Positions 59,331 to 64,000 of a stretch of DNA of 64,000 bases are shown piece by piece; position 1 is the stretch's first letter, and every line of letters begins with the position of its first letter. The position numbers were made by a program, and so were the translations under genes. Below the pieces are notes generated by a model. That model saw only the letters and a program-made list of their open reading frames with translations, was not told where the DNA came from and searched no databases. This stretch comes from Selaginella moellendorffii. Lineage: Eukaryota; Plantae; Lycopodiophyta. The stretch lies in assembly GCF_000143415.4 (NCBI RefSeq), contig NW_003314277.1:1687185-1751184 (forward strand), given 5' to 3'.

Positions 59331-62300
59331 TTCATTGTGGTTATTCACAACTTCCTAAGAAACTTAAAATTTTAGGGTTCGAAATCAAATGGAGTAAGGT
59401 GAGTTCCAATGTTTTAAGTTTTGGATTTTCATTTTTTTTTTAATGATTTAGGTGCTTTGAGTGTGGAAAACAAAATTTTCCTTGGTTTGAGCATGATCTA
59501 TTCTTCTTTCAGATCATTGTTTTTCTCCAAATTATAGCTAAAGTTTAAACACTGTTGAATTAAGGAAAAATAGCATTAAACTATCATTTTGCTAAACTGA
59601 GAGATTTATGTTGTTCCTTGCTTAGGTCAGTAGTGTAAAATTTAACTTGACATCGAAGGTTGTGTTAAGGTATTAGTGGCCCATAACTAGTTGTTATGCC
59701 CATAATTGATATACATACCTTGGCCATGATCCAGATTATAATATTGAAGAAAATAATGTTGTTGGAAGTACTTTTGGATTTAGATTTAGAAAGATTATAA
59801 TGGATTATGTATTGAGATTAGACCAATGAAAAAGCTATATTCTCTTCCTAATCCACATCTCAAATAAGTCAATTTGACAAGTAAATTATTCCCTCACATT
59901 TTGTAGATTAAGCATTCTTATGTTTGTTATGATTCCAAAGTCAAAGTGTTAATCATTATTTATTGCTTTGTCATGGATTGCTCATAAAGATCCTATACAA
60001 ACTTCATTTATACTGTTCTCCATCATCTTTACCATCCCTTCACTGTCTCTTTAGATCAATTTCTAAAGTGCTGTCCCTTACTTTCTTTGAAGCCAATCTT
60101 GGCTCTTGACTTGGATCTAAGTTTCTAAATTATATAGTAAATATAAATGGCATACTTTCAAGTTGCAAAAGCTTAATTGGTTGTGAGGGTTCACTTGATT
60201 GCGATGGCTAAGTCTATAGTGTATCATGCCTATTGGAAGCAACAATTTTTTGTCCTGATGTGTTAGAAACAAGGCTACTTAAATGTGTAATACCACTCTT
60301 TGAAACATGTTAATTTATTTCATTGTAGAGTTTTTTTGGGAAGTTACAATGCAATGCAATACAAGTTGCAATGCGTTAGTTATTTGATATGTATTAATAG
60401 CTTAATTGCCTATTTGGAATATCAAACTCTCATTTCTGAATGTTAAAGTAAACATTCTTTATGTCCTCCCATTTTTTCTTACATTAAAGATGGTCTTAAC
60501 AATATTTATTTTTATAATAATATTGTTGAATCCACTTCTACATATTGTCTTTCCCTTTAGACTTCTCTATAAACCCATCTCTATATTTTGCATCATCTAA
60601 ACATTTAGTGTAATTAAGAGTGTCTTTTCTAGTGTCTGCATCTTTCCTTTTCTAGTTTCGCTCTTTCGTTTATAATCATTTGAATTACTTCTATCAGTCT
60701 GGATTTGAGAGTTTAAAAGTTAAAGTGTCAAGGCAACTTATAGATGTATTCCCTATTATTGAGATATAGTTATGGATGAAGAAAGAACCAAAGTCAATTG
60801 GAATGCAAAAGGAAAAGCAAACTCTAAAAAACTAAAAGTTTAAATTTGAGAAACTCATATTTAATAAATCTCGTGGACTTAAAAGAAGTCTTAGTGGTGA
60901 AAACACCTTGTTGAGCAAATGAATATTGCATAAACTACACTGAACATGTTTCTAGAAACACAATTTAATATATCAAATATTTACCTCTGGAATTTCTATA
61001 AATTCCAAATTCATTTGAGTTTCCTAAAAAAACATTTTTTAGCTTGAATGAAATGAAGATTTTAGCTCACCATGGCATCCCCAAGACTTAGTTTTGTAAA
61101 CAAATGAGAATTTAAAATGGAAAATGATGCTAAAGATATCAAATTTTCCTAGAAATCCACCATAAATACAAATATAAAATTTTCTAACTTTTACTTGATT
61201 TGTAACTTGTGGTTGTACCTTTGATGTTGTTGTAGATGCTCTTGAGCTACTTGATTGTCCTTTAAGGGCTAATGTAATGAATCCATCTCTCATAAATTTC
61301 ATTAGTCACACTGTTGCCTCATTTCATGCCAAACCTAAAAAAACTATTTTATGTTGCCATGTGTATGGCTAGGGCTTCTCCTGGGTCAGCTCAGAGGATC
61401 TTAGGCTTGGAATTGGGGCTTGAGGTGCTCCCGGGTCAACCCACATGGATTCCCCAACTATGTACATTCAACATGAGAGGATCTGGAATTTTCCCCCACT
61501 CTAGACTGGTTGATCAAGTTCCTAATTAAGAAAGCATTTGCTATATATGTCGAGATTCAAATGTTAAAACTAATTTGATACACCATATAAGCAACATAGT
61601 TAACTTAGTGGTAGAGAAAAATATGATAGAGAAAAATGCCCTTTTGCTTTAAAATTTTTTAATACTATGAACATCTTCTCATGTTGAAAGTTCTTAGACT
61701 ATGAATTGCTTTATATTTGTTTTCTGGCTTCTAGTGAAAATAATGGCAACAATCAGTATAATAATATATACTCTCATATGACATTGTAACATCACAGCAA
61801 TGAAAGAGTACTTTTCAAGATGGTAAAAACAGAAATGAAGACAAATAAATATTATGGTCAATATTGCAAAAAGAATACTCTGGCTTATTTTAAAAGAAGT
61901 TTTTATTATCTATATAATTGAATCAAAATGGCGCTTTGGACTGGAAGCTGCCGGATGATCTTGTTACTCGGCTTGTTCCTCCAGGTTGGCGGTGGTGGGT
62001 TCCTCGTCGCCACTCCCAGTGTCTGGAGCTGCTGGATGGATTTCTCCTGCTGGGTGCTGCGCAAAGGCTCTACTAAGACATTTAGTTCATATCTGGACTG
62101 TCCACAAGATCAGTCATGCCTAGCGAATGGAGGGATGCAAACGAGTGAATGATAAACCTGTAGCTTCTGGTGCTTGGCTACATCAAGAGATTTTTTTGTG
62201 CAATCACGTAGAGAATATTGATTTCCTTGGAATCTGAAAAATTAATCAAAATTGCCATGAAATTTGATTTCCTTGGAATCTGAAAAATCAAACTTGCGGA

Positions 62301-62351
62301 GTCGAAACCCTAAATGGTGAATTTAGGGTTTGTGGGACGAAGAAGAATGGA

Positions 62352-63863
62352 ATGGTGATCCGCCGGATCGTCTTGTCTGTGGCCAGGACGAAGAAGCGAT
62401 CCTTGTCGACGGTAGGCCAGCTCGCGAAATGCGCGGAAAAATCATCGTCACTGGGAGCTGCAACAGCAGCAGCAGCGCCATCGCCGGCGCCAGATCCAGA
62501 GCTTTGCAGAGCCTTGGAAGCGCGGGGAATCCCCATCGCAACCGCGGGCAAGCTCTCGGGGCTTAGCGGGGAGCAGGCCGCGCAGCGATTGGACGCGCTG
62601 GAAAGAATCGGCTACCAGGGCGATGATCTCAAGAGCATGCTCTTCTGGGGCCCAATCGCGAATGCCGGCAGTGCTGTGGACGTGGAGCAGCGCCTCCAGG
62701 AGCTCACGGCGGCGCTGGCAGCACTGGGCGTGGACAGGGAGATCTGGGCGACGATTGTGAGCCAGCACAAGCGCTGGATCTTCGCAGTGGATGCCGGCGA
62801 GTTCCAGCAGAATCTCGCCAACCTCTGCTCGCTGGTGCTATCCTTCCAGCGATTCAAGGTGGATCTCAGCAAGTGGATCGTCCAGATGCGTCCCAGCGAC
62901 AAGGAAACTCTCGAGGAGACGACGAACTTCTTGCTCGAGCAGGCCGGCAGCGAGAAGGCCTTCCGCAAGGTCGTCCAGTGCGTTCCCATGGTGCTCCAGT
63001 ACGACGTGGAGAAACACCTCCAGCCCCGGATCACGACGATGGAGAGCCTGGGATTCTCCCGCGAGCAAATCACCAAGATCATCTACCAGTTCCCAAAGAT
63101 CCTCACCGTCACCCCGGAGCGTCTCACCGCAGTGGTGGGCTATCTCACCGAGGAGCTGGGCTTCTCCAGCGATCAGGCGTGCCGGGTGATCACCATCTTC
63201 CCTCGCTTCTCCACCAGCAAGCTCAAGGTGATCTCCGGGAAAGTGGACTACTTCGTGAGCTTGGGCATGCAAAGGAGCAAGGTCCGGCTGATGCTGCGCA
63301 AGAATCCATCCATGGTCGGGCTCAACATCGAGCGAGGAGTGAAACCGAAGCTCGAGTTCCTGGCCAGCCTCGACTTCAAAGGCGACGATCTCGACTACCT
63401 CCTGTCCGCGCACTCGGGAGTGTTGACGAGGAACAGCCAGGCGATGGAAGGCCGGCTCAATCTCCTCCTCCGCCATGGATTGTCGCGCGACGAGTGCTCG
63501 CTGCTGCTGCGCAAGAAGCCCAGCATCTTCAACCTCGGGGACGAGCTCCTGAGTAAGAAGCTGGCGTACTACACCCGGGTGATGAAGCAGCCGCTGAGCA
63601 GCCTTTGCCACTTCTCGTCGTATCTCACGTTCAGCATGGAGGCAAAGGTGGTGCCGCGGACGACGTTCCAGCACTGGCTCTACATGAGCGGCCTGGCCAG
63701 GAAGGAGTTCTCGCAGCCTTACATGATCATGCTCTCGTCGGAAAGGTTCACGAGGAGATTTCTCGGCGGGGACGAAGCTCTCCAAGCCTACGGCAAGTTT
63801 GTGAGATCTCAGCTTGCTACTGCTCGACAAAGCACGAAAGCGGAAGCTCCCGAGCCTTTGTAG
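62352..63863 (+). CDS. mTERF family protein with probable organellar targeting peptide, intronless
   Basis: Repeats of the type LESLGFS..I.K.I..FP.IL, KLEFL.SL, KLAYY and YLTFSMEAKVVPR. R/S/K-rich N-terminus. Telo-boxes at ~62306 and ~62322. Confidence 0.93.
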   Translation: MVIRRIVLSVARTKKRSLSTVGQLAKCAEKSSSLGAATAAAAPSPAPDPELCRALEARGIPIATAGKLSGLSGEQAAQRLDALERIGYQGDDLKSMLFWGPIANAGSAVDVEQRLQELTAALAALGVDREIWATIVSQHKRWIFAVDAGEFQQNLANLCSLVLSFQRFKVDLSKWIVQMRPSDKETLEETTNFLLEQAGSEKAFRKVVQCVPMVLQYDVEKHLQPRITTMESLGFSREQITKIIYQFPKILTVTPERLTAVVGYLTEELGFSSDQACRVITIFPRFSTSKLKVISGKVDYFVSLGMQRSKVRLMLRKNPSMVGLNIERGVKPKLEFLASLDFKGDDLDYLLSAHSGVLTRNSQAMEGRLNLLLRHGLSRDECSLLLRKKPSIFNLGDELLSKKLAYYTRVMKQPLSSLCHFSSYLTFSMEAKVVPRTTFQHWLYMSGLARKEFSQPYMIMLSSERFTRRFLGGDEALQAYGKFVRSQLATARQSTKAEAPEPL

Positions 63864-64000
63864 ACCACTGTGAAGATCATCCATCGTGGAAGGTCGTAGA
63901 CCACAGTGGAGAACTTCGTACACCACTTTGGAGATCATCCCTCTTCTCGAGATTTTGATAAGCTGTGAAGAACACGAAGATACAATGTAAGTTTCTGCGA

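Noticed and set aside
59400-61900. AT-rich region with possible DNA-transposon relics (also 33100-34500)
   Set aside because: No diagnostic motif or terminal repeats that I can support.
62838-63938. 366-aa ORF antisense to mTERF
   Set aside because: Shadow ORF of a GC-rich coding strand.

Overview
Eukaryotic plant genomic DNA. Short (~50-65 nt) introns, GC-rich genes, a cyanovirin-N homolog and the centriolar gene TEDC1 point to a seed-free plant with flagellated sperm, most likely the lycophyte Selaginella (inference). The left ~43.7 kb is a nested transposon cluster. It holds a nearly intact Ty1/copia element beside a GCP4 pseudogene fragment, several decayed Ty3/gypsy (chromovirus-like) elements, six copies or part-copies of a ~1.2-1.7 kb LTR with internal tandem arrays (family LTR-1), a related LTR-2 family, a ~150-bp LTR-3 family, a hAT deletion derivative, a MULE transposase relic and one F-box gene. 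Several insertions keep perfect 5-bp target-site duplications (TSDs). The right ~20 kb is gene-dense: tRNA-Pro(UGG), NF-YC, NAC, TEDC1, an intronless Crinkler/RHS-type NTPase-REase gene, a phytosulfokine-like precursor candidate, CVNH, a subtilase pseudogene and an mTERF gene. The most notable items are: (1) a 235-bp TSD-flanked miniature LTR element whose 121-bp LTR contains a foldable tRNA-like Pol III module; (2) the CR-type NTPase-nuclease gene sharing a 131-bp bidirectional promoter with TEDC1; (3) a secreted-peptide candidate ending AHVDYIYDFNP; (4) an apparently templated filler insertion matching a locus 10 kb away. All family assignments come from manual motif recognition; no searches were run.
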